From Schizochytrium sp. TIO01 (lineage: Eukaryota > Protista > Bigyra: Labyrinthulomycetes), in assembly GCA_004764695.1 (NCBI GenBank), contig SMSO01000031.1, forward strand, positions 2,828,436 to 2,892,435: a DNA stretch of 64,000 bases. The letters are read 5' to 3'. Positions 23,960 through 35,845 of the stretch are shown here, piece after piece (position 1 is the stretch's first letter; each line of letters starts with the position of its first letter). The notes below the pieces were generated by a model. It was given only the letters and a program-made list of their open reading frames with translations. It was not told where the DNA came from and did not search any database. A program made the position numbers and the translations under genes.

Positions 23960-26642
23960 TTGTCGCTGTGCTAGATCCTGTTGATATCACCACACAACTA
24001 CTAGTGCATAAATTGAAATTTTGGCTTCCTTAATTTGGGCCTTGCAGTCTTTCGAGAATTTCCTCTTACTTTCTATCAAAACAATTAGATGATTGACCAG
24101 TCCGCGATGCAGTGGGCTAGCTAGCTCTTCCCGATAAATACGCACTTAGGTATTATAATTGCCACATATTTAGATTAGCAAAAGAAAGAATCAGCGATGC
24201 AGTCCGATTCTCTTATAGTATCGAAATGAGTGAGTCAGGAGCTTCGCTACTTTTACTCATAGATAAACTCTTAAATTTTTTCTCCCGTCGCGTCAATAGA
24301 TTTTTACAACTTCGTCCTCGACCAAAGTTAAGACTCTTTGAAAACCAGCCAAACCTTGCTCCATGTCGCTGCCAATATCATGGAAAATGCGATATTATGA
24401 GCTTCGCGCACTGTCCTATAGCATGTAGATCTCATTTCACTCTCAGGGGTAGGTTTTGCAGAAGAATCATTCGGATTTTCAGTATTGAGCGTTCAACTTG
24501 TTACGAACCCTTTTCCCAAGGCACTATGAAAATCTGCATCGGCCTGATCTTCTTTCTTACAAATTCTCCTAAAGTCTCGTCGGAGCCACAATGTATAACA
24601 ATAGGCCCAACTAAACTTCGTGCCGAACTTTAACACTGCTACGTCTTCCACGGCTTCCACGCGCCACCTTTGTGGAGGCTTCAAGGTTGAGCGATGCAAG
24701 TGACTTTTGCTGTTGTGTCAATTATGACCATTAGGACATTTCTCCTTTTCTTTTGAAGCATAAGTAAGTAACAGGTCCACAGATAGATAGATACTGCCCA
24801 ATTACAACGGCGGTCTAAATTGGCTTGTTTTTACAATCCCAGGTCCTCGTTGTATCTACCCTGCAACTTATGACTTGCAAGGCTGTATACGGCTGAGAAA
24901 ATCGTCCATGGAGGTGTAGCAGCACTCTACCATAGGGGAGTTCTAGTTACCCTGTCAAAGGAAGTGCAAGTAAAGTGGAGATGAGATGTGGAGTTCATTG
25001 AATCAATTTCGCTACTAGGATCGCTACTAGGATACAAAAACTGTCAGTGATTCACTTTTGTTGCTTTGCATGTCATCAATTGAGCACTTCCTCGGCCTTC
25101 GAAAAACTCCAACTTACTTCATCATCTGTTGTTACCGTTTCACCAGATTAGAAAGAAAATAAAATAAAATAAAATAAAATAAAGAAAAAGAAAAGAAAGA
25201 AAAGAAAGAAAAACGGTCTTCTGAAATAGAACAAAGAAAGAACATAGAAACAGGTATTAGGCAATTGATCTCAACGTTGATGTTTCTTATCAAGACCAGG
25301 CCTGCGAATGTATACGGTTTTACTTTCATGGGTCGTCTCAGCTTCGTGAAGGCACCAAGACTCAGGCCAGTGGCGTCTTGGCCATTAGCCAGATCAGAAA
25401 GAGCAAACTAAAGCAGAAAAAAAGCTTCCTAGACCACTTTGGAACCATTCATTACCACGTGGCCCCACCCAGGTATTAACAAGGTTATCCCAGCCTCAAT
25501 ATCCGCCAGTATGCTTGGCTTTGTCCTGGAGCTTGTGCAGGCAGCTCGAGATAGCTAGCGGGCCTCGCGAACTCTGATAAACAGCTATACAATTTCACAG
25601 CTCCAATTAGCGCCTCAGAGACTTCTGGACACACCCTACAAATGCTTCGTAGTAGGTAGCTCTTCATGATGGCCACAGGTATCGCAACACAGATAAAACA
25701 GGATAGAAACTCGCTAGATTTACTTCGCACAGCATCATCTTTTACAATACTGGTGACAGTGTCGTTGCAGATTAAACCTCAAGTCTTTCAAAAGACACGT
25801 CGGGTCTGAGCCAATCCCTCAACGCGAGGGACACAGTGTTGGCGCCTTTGACTTTGCGCCGAATCCGATGCCACGCGGCAAAATTAACTAAGACATGGTG
25901 CTCAATAAGAGGTATTAGCAGGTGGAATGAAGTAAGACCTTGCTGCCAGAAAACGCGAAGTCTCCCGAGCATGAAGGCTTGCGAAGCTTGTGGTCCGCGA
26001 TACTAGCGGACGCAAATTAGTTTTTAAGATGATTGGAACACAACAAAGTCCTCTTTAGTCAATCTTCAGAGGAATTCCGCTCTTCACGTTTGCACCCAAG
26101 GACGCAACAGTCAGACCATAAGCACTAAAGCCTGTTTCGACTTTGGTGATAATACATAGAAACTGGTCATTATGCAAATATACAGGTAACTATTTATCGT
26201 AAGGTACAAGACTGAAACGGAGTCGAAAAGAGCCCATAAAGCAAGGAACAAGAAACCAATTGACTCCCGTTACGAGCCAGATAACGTTATTTGTAAGAGT
26301 GGTTTGGGGCAGGAAGTCCAACACAAATTCTTTTATATGTAAAGTTAATCTTTAAAAAAAAATGATCGAATTAGTGAGAAACTCGAAACATAGAATATAA
26401 CAATGAGAATCGTCAATCAAATCAGGTTGGTCATTGAGCGGACGAACTAGAGGGTCCCCATTCAGGAGGCGACCTGTAGGCCCACGTGTCAGGAGTTACG
26501 GGCTATTTATGCCTATCAGTCGCCTGAGGTTGCTCGCGTTGGTCTACTGCATCCAACACGCCACCGACCTGAGTGCATTGGGCGCGCTGAGTTCGGGCCC
26601 TCTTACAATTGTTATCGCTGGTTGATCTTGTTGATACTGTTC

Positions 26643-26670
26643 TCTTCTTCTTCTTCTTCTTCTTCTTCTT
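26643..26670. repeat. (CTT)n microsatellite upstream of the cyclase
   Basis: Directly visible. Confidence 0.9.
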
Positions 26671-27067
26671 CGTTTTCTTCGCTTAATACTTATTCTCTCT
26701 GTAGTGATTTTGTGCTTCAAGTTCTTTCCTTTGCTTTTCATATCGCTGCCCTTGTTCAAGCTCTGATATCTTTCACAGTAATCACGTAGGACACATCGGC
26801 ATTCTGTTATCTGTACTCTGGCAATCTCTGTATCAAAGTTCTATTTGAGCTTTGAGATTCTCGAAGCTTGGCAGGGGGCGGGGCTGTATAAATCTGGCGA
26901 CTCCCCTGATTAGGAGAGACCACGGCTATAATTGAGATTTACAGGTCAGGTCCTAGGATAACGTCGGTTTTCAAGGTGGTTGCTCGTTTGGGTCAAACTT
27001 ATACTTGCTAGAAAAAGGCATTGCACTACTTGCTCGCACAAAGTAGAGTCATACGAGATATCACAGC

Positions 27068-30000
27068 ATGGGCTCTACGCCATCCAGCCCGGAACTAAGG
27101 TCCACATCCTCATCAGAACCTGCAACCTCTTCACCATCAGGAGATGCACCTACTGAAATGGCAATGAGGGAGCATCATGACACCTCCAAAAATGAAACAC
27201 GTGCGCAGGATCTGCCCTCAATAGAGAACGGGGTATCTACAAAAGATTTGGAGAGTCAAACTGAAGGACCGAATGATTACAACCAAGATAACAACGCGGA
27301 CAAGAGAAATTCACCGGAACCAGCTCAAGATATTTTAGAAGATGAGGTTCTTAACTACGCACATAGCGCGCCACCAGGAGTTGCTGGTATGGCTTTCACC
27401 AGCAATGAACATAACGCCAATCTGGTGAATGAGTTATCAACATGCAGACCAACCGAACCTACAAATTATACCAAGAATGTCACCTGGAGCGGAGACGTTC
27501 CTAATACAAATGGCCATAGATCTACGCTTGACCCTAGTATTCCTGCAGCAGACCTAGCAGCAGGGACAGCAGCGGCGAGCGGGCCTGTGCCGATACGCAT
27601 TTCCCGCGCGCATAGCGTCATGGCCTCTGTACAAAAACGCCTTCACAGTGCAGGACAAATTGGTCCTGATATTGAACGTCTTACACCGGCGCCTACCAGT
27701 CACAGTATTGGTGTAGATGATTGGGTAAACAGCGGACTAAACGGGGGCTCAGGGAAAAGCTCTGGTTCGTCTAAGTCAGCGTCTGCATTCAAGCCACTTG
27801 GTCGAAATGTGAGCAAAATTGAAATGACTCTAGAGCGAAACATCCGTCAAAATCGTGAACGTACTTGCTGGTGCTTGTGTAATCGTGCTGGCCAATTTCG
27901 CTTACGAGATGCAATTATGTTTCCTTTCGCTGCTCTTATGGTTTGTGGTGCTGTGGTGATTGTATTGGTTCAAAACTCGTACACAGGACAGATTCAAGAT
28001 ATGTATGTGGATTCTTGCAATACGAGCACAGAGACGCTCATTGTGGATTCGATACGATTTGAACTGAACACGAGCCAAGTGATGCTTGCTTCGTCACTTC
28101 AACAGACAATTCAACTTGTGCAACTCGGTGTTGTCTCAGATTCTTTCTCTGTCATAATTTCGACCTTAACTGTGCTAGAAGCACTAGTCACAGCCACTTC
28201 AAATCAGACCCTCGTTGATGAACTTACAGCCACCATGATGTTTCAAAACCTTAACTCTACCTTTGTACCACTGGTGTCAGGTGCATCAGTCATTTACATT
28301 GATGACTTCCTGTCTACAAATGGTACAGCTGATAATTACACACTGTTCTCATACATGTTCGATCGGGATGTAGAGCCCAACACTGCGTTGAAGCTCATTG
28401 GCGATGGGAATGATACATTGACATTGTGGCCTGTAAATCGAACCAATGGCCAGCCCATGGGTGATGGCGAGTCATTCTCTGCGGACTCATTTTCTCTAGA
28501 CGGTTTGTACTATCAGTTATCTCTTGTATTAGATAAAGGCCTCGGGTCAAGGAGTTACGCAGCTTATACGAATCTTGGCTATTGGCTAAACTCCACGGCT
28601 ATCCCTGAGAATCTTCGCTATGGGTTTCTTCTCACCTGGCCTATCAACTTTTGTGGGACATACGTATGTTGGGAAGGTGTGATACAAACGAATATGCTTG
28701 TGAGCGACATCAGCCGTATCTGCGTGGAGAATCTGATCGACATTCAAAATAATAGTAACGTGACAAACAAAGGTTGTCCTCTTTGTGCAGAGTACTTTTA
28801 CGTTACACAACCGATCCCTGTTGATCCGCTTGTGGCTGACTTTACGCAGTATCCGTACTCGCAGTCCGGGTTGCTTGTTGGTGGCGCCGTAAATGGAGAG
28901 GCTCTAAACATCACGTATCCAGATTATGCACTGAATTACACTGGCAACCCGATTATTCAGAACTACACGCGTAAAATCGAGTCTATGAACCTGCCCTGGA
29001 ATGCATCACAATCTTTTACATTTGATATCACTACAGGTGCGGAGTGTAGTGCAGCAGTTGACCTGAAGCTTTCTGAAGCTGAGCTGAAAGTTCTATACGA
29101 AAACTGTGTTGTATTATCCATAAGCCCGGTTGTTGGTGATTCAAATGATCCAAGCTTTCCGGTTTACAAGCCCTTTGTCTGGAGAGCTGTTGTAGCTGTA
29201 CCAGCAACCTGGTCTCTTGTTAATTACACTGAGGCACTATCCGGTTTCCGTGAGCAGCTCGCGGATATCACAGAGGAGACGAATGCTCGAGTAGCTATTC
29301 TTTCTGCTGTTAGCGCAATCATTGAAGTGTGCTTGATTCTTTTAACCCTGGGTCTATCAATAATCATTGCATCGCTCTTAGCACGGCCTATTCGAAGACT
29401 CTCCAAAGAAATCAGGCGCCTAACTAAGCTAGATTTTCGCACGTCTGGTGCCATCATGCCAAAGGAGGAGCGCTCACGCATCAAGGAGGTAGCCAGCACC
29501 CAAAAGGAATTTGTGAAAATGTACTATGCTCTAGAGACCTTTGCTCGCTTTGTACCGGCAACCGTGGTTCGAGACATCGTACGCTCCAAACGTGGGCGTC
29601 GGCTGAACGTGTCAGAAAGGGTTGTCACAACAATGTTTTCTGATATACAAGGGTTCACAACGATCGCCGAGAAACTGGAGCGAGTAGATCTGATGTACTT
29701 AATCACACGCTATCTCACAGCAATGACATCAATTGTAGAACAGTATGAAGGTGTCGTAGCCGAAATTCAAGGTGACGGCTTGCTTGCATTCTGGAATACA
29801 CCGGATGATATTGACGAGCATGCGTCCAAGGCTCTCAGTGCAGCAATTGCTCAACAACAATACCTGAAATACCTCTCAAAGCAATTCCAAGATGAATTCC
29901 GTGCCAAATATGATCTTGGCGATTTTCGTGTACGTATTGGTATCCACACAGGCTCAGTACTTAGTGGAACGATTGGATCACTTACAAAGTATAAATTTGG

Positions 30001-30811
30001 AAGTCTTGGTGATGCTGTTAACATGGCAAGTCGCTTGGAAGGTTTATCAAAACTTTATGGCACCCAGATTATTTGTTCAGAAGCTACGCTTGATCTTTGC
30101 ACATTTCGTGAAGCGTTTATTCTTCGCGAGCTTGACCTCGTCCAAGTCAAAGGCAAACACAAGTCAGCTCGAATTTTTGAAGTTGTCATGCAGCGAGCGC
30201 CTATTGAATGCAAGTTCAAACCTCCATTCGTTGCAGCTGACAGTGACAGCAGTGATGATGAAGAAGAAGAGGACCAACAAAGTGAAGGTAGCGACTTCAC
30301 TCCAGACAGTGGAGAGGAGGGGAAGTATGGGAATGCTTCTTCGAGCCGCAAATACCGTCTACGTTTACCCACCCCGCAAAGACATCTAGGTCAAAGTGGA
30401 AAGATGTTCAAAGCTTTTCGTCCAGTGGAAGGTTCCTCCTCATCAGAGAAATCATCTTCAAAAGATGGGTCGGCTATGCTATATACAAAAGGCTCAGCGA
30501 ATGAGCTTTTAGACTCCAGCATAGATCAGTTAAAGCGATTCCATCCCTTGAGTAATGATGCGCGCTTTAAAATGGATACTAATCGCATTGAAACATACGA
30601 AACCGCGTTGCATGCTTTTCAGTCAGGACATTTTCGTCGTGCAGAAGAGCTTCTCCTCGGGCTTTGTGATCTTGAGAGTGACTTGGATGTTGCAGAGACA
30701 TTGCTTTTGGAAAGATCTCGAGAGGCTGTTGCACAGTTTCGAGCAGATGATATTGATGCAGAGCTTCTTGGCTGGACTGGTGTAAATACCTTGGCCTCGA
30801 AGAGCTTTTAA
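27068..30811 (+). CDS. Receptor-type class III nucleotide cyclase (2 TM, extracellular domain, HAMP), possibly guanylyl cyclase
   Basis: 1247 aa. TM1 at ~aa 283-302, sequon-rich extracellular region, TM2 followed by HAMP (ARPIRRLSKEIRRL), and catalytic FSDIQGFT, EIQGDG, RIGIHTG, GDAVNMASRLEG. Confidence 0.92.
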   Translation: MGSTPSSPELRSTSSSEPATSSPSGDAPTEMAMREHHDTSKNETRAQDLPSIENGVSTKDLESQTEGPNDYNQDNNADKRNSPEPAQDILEDEVLNYAHSAPPGVAGMAFTSNEHNANLVNELSTCRPTEPTNYTKNVTWSGDVPNTNGHRSTLDPSIPAADLAAGTAAASGPVPIRISRAHSVMASVQKRLHSAGQIGPDIERLTPAPTSHSIGVDDWVNSGLNGGSGKSSGSSKSASAFKPLGRNVSKIEMTLERNIRQNRERTCWCLCNRAGQFRLRDAIMFPFAALMVCGAVVIVLVQNSYTGQIQDMYVDSCNTSTETLIVDSIRFELNTSQVMLASSLQQTIQLVQLGVVSDSFSVIISTLTVLEALVTATSNQTLVDELTATMMFQNLNSTFVPLVSGASVIYIDDFLSTNGTADNYTLFSYMFDRDVEPNTALKLIGDGNDTLTLWPVNRTNGQPMGDGESFSADSFSLDGLYYQLSLVLDKGLGSRSYAAYTNLGYWLNSTAIPENLRYGFLLTWPINFCGTYVCWEGVIQTNMLVSDISRICVENLIDIQNNSNVTNKGCPLCAEYFYVTQPIPVDPLVADFTQYPYSQSGLLVGGAVNGEALNITYPDYALNYTGNPIIQNYTRKIESMNLPWNASQSFTFDITTGAECSAAVDLKLSEAELKVLYENCVVLSISPVVGDSNDPSFPVYKPFVWRAVVAVPATWSLVNYTEALSGFREQLADITEETNARVAILSAVSAIIEVCLILLTLGLSIIIASLLARPIRRLSKEIRRLTKLDFRTSGAIMPKEERSRIKEVASTQKEFVKMYYALETFARFVPATVVRDIVRSKRGRRLNVSERVVTTMFSDIQGFTTIAEKLERVDLMYLITRYLTAMTSIVEQYEGVVAEIQGDGLLAFWNTPDDIDEHASKALSAAIAQQQYLKYLSKQFQDEFRAKYDLGDFRVRIGIHTGSVLSGTIGSLTKYKFGSLGDAVNMASRLEGLSKLYGTQIICSEATLDLCTFREAFILRELDLVQVKGKHKSARIFEVVMQRAPIECKFKPPFVAADSDSSDDEEEEDQQSEGSDFTPDSGEEGKYGNASSSRKYRLRLPTPQRHLGQSGKMFKAFRPVEGSSSSEKSSSKDGSAMLYTKGSANELLDSSIDQLKRFHPLSNDARFKMDTNRIETYETALHAFQSGHFRRAEELLLGLCDLESDLDVAETLLLERSREAVAQFRADDIDAELLGWTGVNTLASKSF

Positions 30812-32382
30812 TGAGGTTCAAATAGATATACTCAATTTGATTTATTTGATGGTACTTGCAATGACTTTAAGTGGCGGGACAAAAGTTTGAGAATATACAC
30901 TTAATAAGTCAATCAGTTGTTGACAATCTTCGCCTTACGTTTCGCTTCCAATCGAGATATTCGATTAAAAACATCGCGAAAACAGAATTGCGGAGAGCTT
31001 CGTCTCCTCTAAAACAATAAAAAACAAAACAATGAACGCACCGCGTCATAAAGCTTTAGCTTGTGATCAGGGGGTAGAGTTGTTGTTGAAGAAAACAAAC
31101 AAATAAATAAGTCAAGATGGAAAACAAAGAAGCAGTTTGGATCTTCATCATAAAATGCGATCCTCGAACCTAGAGCCAATATTCTTGCCAAGAAAAAAAA
31201 TCAAAAGAAATAAGAGCTGTCATGCACGGGACTGCCTTGCAAATCTTGAATCCAATACAGCTATATCAATTTGTAAATTCTTCAAATTTCTGGACAATAT
31301 AAAATACATTTTAAACATAATTAATGATGCTTTAGAAAGTAAACGTTTTGCAGAATGTTTCTACAAACACTCAATGGGAGTTTTTCGTTATGCGAAACTT
31401 GGAGGGTTTCAGAATATTGTAAAGATCAAGACAATAAACTCAAACCCGTGTGACTCTGAGCAAATTCAAAAAGTTACTCAATAATTGAACGAGAGGCTTA
31501 ATACAATAATGTGTTCAATGTAGTCCACAGGGTTTTGAATATGTTTTGGTTAAATGGGAAAAACCTTTAGAAGAATTTTCTACAGGGATACTCCCTTGAT
31601 GCGTGCGTTCCACTCATTTGGATCGAACCTGCAGTCTCTTGGTTGATTTTTTTTGTTTTTGTTTTTTTGTATCCAAGCACTTCTTTCAATGGAGAATAAG
31701 AATTTGGATGAGAGGGACTTTATCATATGACTACGTCCCATACGGCCTTGTTTGCAAAATGATTATTTACCAAAACATCTTCCGAATTGGATTTCCCGGG
31801 AAACTACACGAGCGAATTTCGAGCGGCTAGTATTCGTTAGCTATTTACAGAAATAATCTTCCGTTTATTCGAAGCGCGGAACAGAGGCCGATGGGATCCG
31901 AATCCCGGGATATATACTAGCGTGTTTCAAGCAACCCCATCAAATATGCAATTTGTTTTCAGATGCTTGCTTATAAGTTCACAAAACTTAGATTATTTAT
32001 ATCCTCGACGTCTTCGATCATGCATCAGCATGGCTGAGGTAATTTGCAGCAAATAGAAGCATTTGCGATGCATAGCCAAAGCCAAGGCGTCAACTCTGTA
32101 AATCTTTCCAAAACTTCTCAAGCTACATACGTAAACGCTTCGTAGGTGAAGTGGTGAAGTGGTGAAGCACAATCAATAAATGCACCTGCAATGACTTCAT
32201 TCAAAGTATGATAGATGCTGCAATAATTTATTATTAAAAACTTATATATATAATTAAAAAAGCTTACCTATCTATTTATTTATTTATTTACTTAAAAAAA
32301 ATAAATAAGAAGGATTGTTTGTATTTTAAATTATAATTGAAAAAAGAAAAAAGAGAAAAGAAAAAAGAGAAAAGAAAAAAAC

Positions 32383-32454
32383 GAAAATGAAAATGAAAAT
32401 GAAAATGAAAATGAAAATGAAAATGAAAATGAAAATGAAAATGAAAACGAAAAC
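32383..32454. repeat. (GAAAAT)10(GAAAAC)2 microsatellite
   Basis: Directly visible. Confidence 0.95.
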
Positions 32455-32872
32455 GAAACTAAATATTACATATTTCTAGAAGATTATATATTTATAAATT
32501 ATTCACATAGCTCAGCTGTCTCCATTACCGCCAATCATCTCTTGGTGATCTGCAGTCGATTGCCAAACTTAACGTGAAGGCCTTGTCCTGCGGCACGGTC
32601 AATCATCAGAGGTTATCTCTAATAGTCCTTTCAATTCAACTTAGCTAAAACACTCTGTCACTCATTATGCATAATATTCATTTTAAATTTTAAAATAAAA
32701 CAAAAACAGAACCAAAAGTTTTCATCTCGAATTCATTCAACAGTATCAAACCCTTAATTGGTTGACCTCCAACCAGACAAGGGAGGTCCTCTGAGAAGAA
32801 GAGACAGTGCCCAAATAGCCACAACGCGCTTAAACTATTTCTTATAGTGAATCCTTCTGAGAATCAAGCACT

Positions 32873-33822
32873 ATGGAGGCCCAAACGAGCTCTCAAGGTC
32901 AGAATGTCCCGCGTTCAGAGATAGGCAGCATACAAAATTTGACTAAGGGTTTACAGAACGTAAGCTTGAATGAAAATCAGAGTGAGCCAGGCGAAGAGGT
33001 TCCTGATGAACTTTACATCCAATATGGCATGCGTTTCATTCGTGATGGCGAGTATAGAATTCGTGGTTCGCCAACCCCAGCCTACGGCCTAGTAGCTTAC
33101 CTTGTCCCAATGCGTTTATTACCTACACGCAAGAAATTAGGGCGACTTCTTCGAAATGGTGTTCATAAAAACCGGCCGAGCTAATCTACAGAAGCTGCAC
33201 TGTATTGAGTGCAGAAGCGTATTTTCTTCTCCTACGGAACTAGGAACGCATCTGCGGGACGACGAGAAGACGCACAGAAAAGGCCCCCGGTTATTTGCAA
33301 TCTCTACGTGGCGAAATTGTGGATGAAGCAGTGGAGCAAGAAGTGATTGAGTACAGCAGAGACAAGGAGGCATCGTTCAAAGAGATTGACAAACGTTTTA
33401 GAGAGAACTTTGATTCCATGGACGCTGTCGTGTATACCATGATGGTGGATTACTATGCTGCATGCATGGTGATGAGGACCATTGAAGAAATGACTGAAGA
33501 TGGTGCGAAGAGGAAAAAAGAGAACGTTAAAAGGAAGGAGGAGAATCGTATAAGACAAATTTGCGAACCCAAGACCAAAACGAAGAAGAAGAACGCAAAG
33601 AAGAAGAAGAAGAAGGTGGGGGCGATGGCGACGAACGAAGCAAACAACAACATGAGTCGTGCATACGACGATAACGATGGGACTACTCCAAAGGACTCTG
33701 CAGCAGATTCACAAGAGGAATCAAAGCAAGGTCATGCGCAGAGAAAGCCGGGGCGAAACAAGAGCAAGAAGAAGAAGGGGAACGCAGCAGCAAGCAACGC
33801 TCAGCAGCTTGAGCATGGATGA
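32873..33822 (+). pseudogene. Orphan C2H2-finger family copy 1, with two +1 frameshifts (pseudogene or assembly errors)
   Basis: Near-identical to 34871-35845. Extra base at ~33139-33142 (TTAGGGC vs TTGGGC) and in the C run at 33284-33288. Removing both gives a 315-aa ORF with LHCIECRSVFSSPTELGTHLRDDEKTH. Confidence 0.8.
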
Positions 33823-34870
33823 ACTAATAGAACTAGACCTCATAAAGATAAAAGGCATCTTATGAAGTTGTACTATTTCTTGTTTTGGACTTATATGTAG
33901 GTTAGAGCACCCAACAATATTATCAAGGAATTGCATAGCGACTAGTATAACTGTTAAATCTAACCATCAGGATATTATCAGTTTCAGCTCCCTCAAAAAC
34001 GAAAAATTGCGAAGTATCATTCTTGTTTCTGTCACAGCGCAAACTCTATCATAGAGGCGAATGCGGATCTCTTTGCAGCTAAGTCATATATTTCATTGAG
34101 TGTTTGGCAAGCTTCTTTAAATCAGAGAGAGGGATTCAGGATGGAGCCTTCTTTGCGTTCTCAGAAGTTTCAAGCAACTTTTTTAATTGGGGTGATTGTA
34201 TTGTAAGTAAAAAAAAAAAGGATAATTATCTAAGACGTTCAATATCAGAAGCAAGCCCCTATTTACCTAATATAGGTTTGCCTGTGCCGGTATTTATCCA
34301 GGGGCGTATCAGACTGTATAAGCCAGTTTGAGCGCACGCTAGCGAGGGAGGCGAAAACCTTGGACTTGTCAGTCTAGTAACTGGAAGCATCTATTGTCAC
34401 GCGTGTCACTACGCACATATACATGCGAACATTCGAAAAGCAAAATACCACAAAGCAACATATGGGTTGGGAAGATAGTCCAGCAATTCTTATAAGAGGG
34501 TTTTGAAATGAGACATACTTTAATATACTTTGACTCCTTTGACTGATCTGGGCCGAGCAGTATGTGCCTAAGATGCCATAGCTTCTATTGTGTTTTGTGA
34601 TATGAGATTGTGCCAAGTTTATATAATTTCAGGTTTCAATGTTTACGTACGCTTCTTCGGGTTCAAATTCTTTCAAATTCTAACTCTTCTTTGAGTTATA
34701 ATTTATGTAAATATTTTTCTTCATTTTTTAAAATATATACTATTTGAAGTAATAATGAATGAAAATGTTACTATGGAAGAAGATACATATATCTTAACTA
34801 AAAACTTCAATTTAAAAAGAAATCATAAACGAAGTGAAGACAAGATCTTTATTAGGTCTACATCTAACAG

Positions 34871-35845
34871 TTATTCCTCGTATCGTGGATCGTGCTCCTG
34901 CAGAGCGTTGCTTGCTGCTGCGTTCCCCTTCTTCTTCTTGCTCTTGTTTCGCCTCGGCTTTCTCTGCGCATGACCTTGCTTTGATTCCTCTTGTGAATCT
35001 GCTGCAGAGTCCTTTGGAGTAGTCCCATCGTTATCGTCGTATGCACGACTCGTGTTGTTGTTTGCTTCGTTCATCTCAGGTGCCATTGTCCCCTTCTGCT
35101 TCTTCTTCTTCTTTGCGTTCTTCTTCTTCGTTTTGGTCTTGGCCTCCCTAATTTGTCTTATACGATTCTCCTCCTTCCTTGCAACGTTCTCTTTTTTCCT
35201 CTTCGCACCTTCTTCAGTCATTTCTCCAATGGTCCTCATCACCATGCATGCAGCATAGTAATCCACCATTTTCTGATGCACGACATCGTCGGAGTTAAAG
35301 TTCTTTCTAAAACGTTTGTCAATCTCTTTGAACGATGCCTCCTTGTACTCAATCACTTCTTGCTTCACTTCTTGCTTCACTGCTTGCTTCACTGCTTCAT
35401 TCACAACTTCGCCACGTAGAAATTGCAAATAACCGGGGCGTTTTCTGTGCGTCTTCTTGTACCGCAGATGCGTTCCTAGTTCCGTAGGAGAAGAAAATAC
35501 GCTTCTGCACTCGATACAGTGCAGCTTCCGTAGATCAGCTCGGCCGGTTTTTATGAACACCATTTCGAAGAAGTCGCCCAATTTCTTGCGTGTAGGTAAT
35601 AAACGCTCTGGGACAAGGTAAGCTACTAGGCCGTAGGCTGGGGTTGGCGAACCACGAATTCTATACTCGCCATCACGAATGAAACGCATGCCATATTGGA
35701 TGTAAAGTTCATCAGGAACCTCTTCGCCTGGCTCACTCTGATTTTCATCCAAGCTTACGTCCTGTAAACCCTTGGTCAAGTTTTGTACGCTGCCTACCTC
35801 TGCACGCGGGGCATTCTCGCGGGGCAAGCTCGTTTGAGCCGACAT
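34871..35845 (-). CDS. Orphan C2H2-finger family copy 2 (intact, 324 aa, Lys-rich C-terminus)
   Basis: LHCIECRSVFSSPTELGTHLRYKKTH finger, MVDYYAACMVMRT motif and poly-Lys NLS-like tracts. Supported by two paralogs in the window. Confidence 0.8.
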   Translation of the reverse strand: MSAQTSLPRENAPRAEVGSVQNLTKGLQDVSLDENQSEPGEEVPDELYIQYGMRFIRDGEYRIRGSPTPAYGLVAYLVPERLLPTRKKLGDFFEMVFIKTGRADLRKLHCIECRSVFSSPTELGTHLRYKKTHRKRPGYLQFLRGEVVNEAVKQAVKQEVKQEVIEYKEASFKEIDKRFRKNFNSDDVVHQKMVDYYAACMVMRTIGEMTEEGAKRKKENVARKEENRIRQIREAKTKTKKKNAKKKKKQKGTMAPEMNEANNNTSRAYDDNDGTTPKDSAADSQEESKQGHAQRKPRRNKSKKKKGNAAASNALQEHDPRYEE

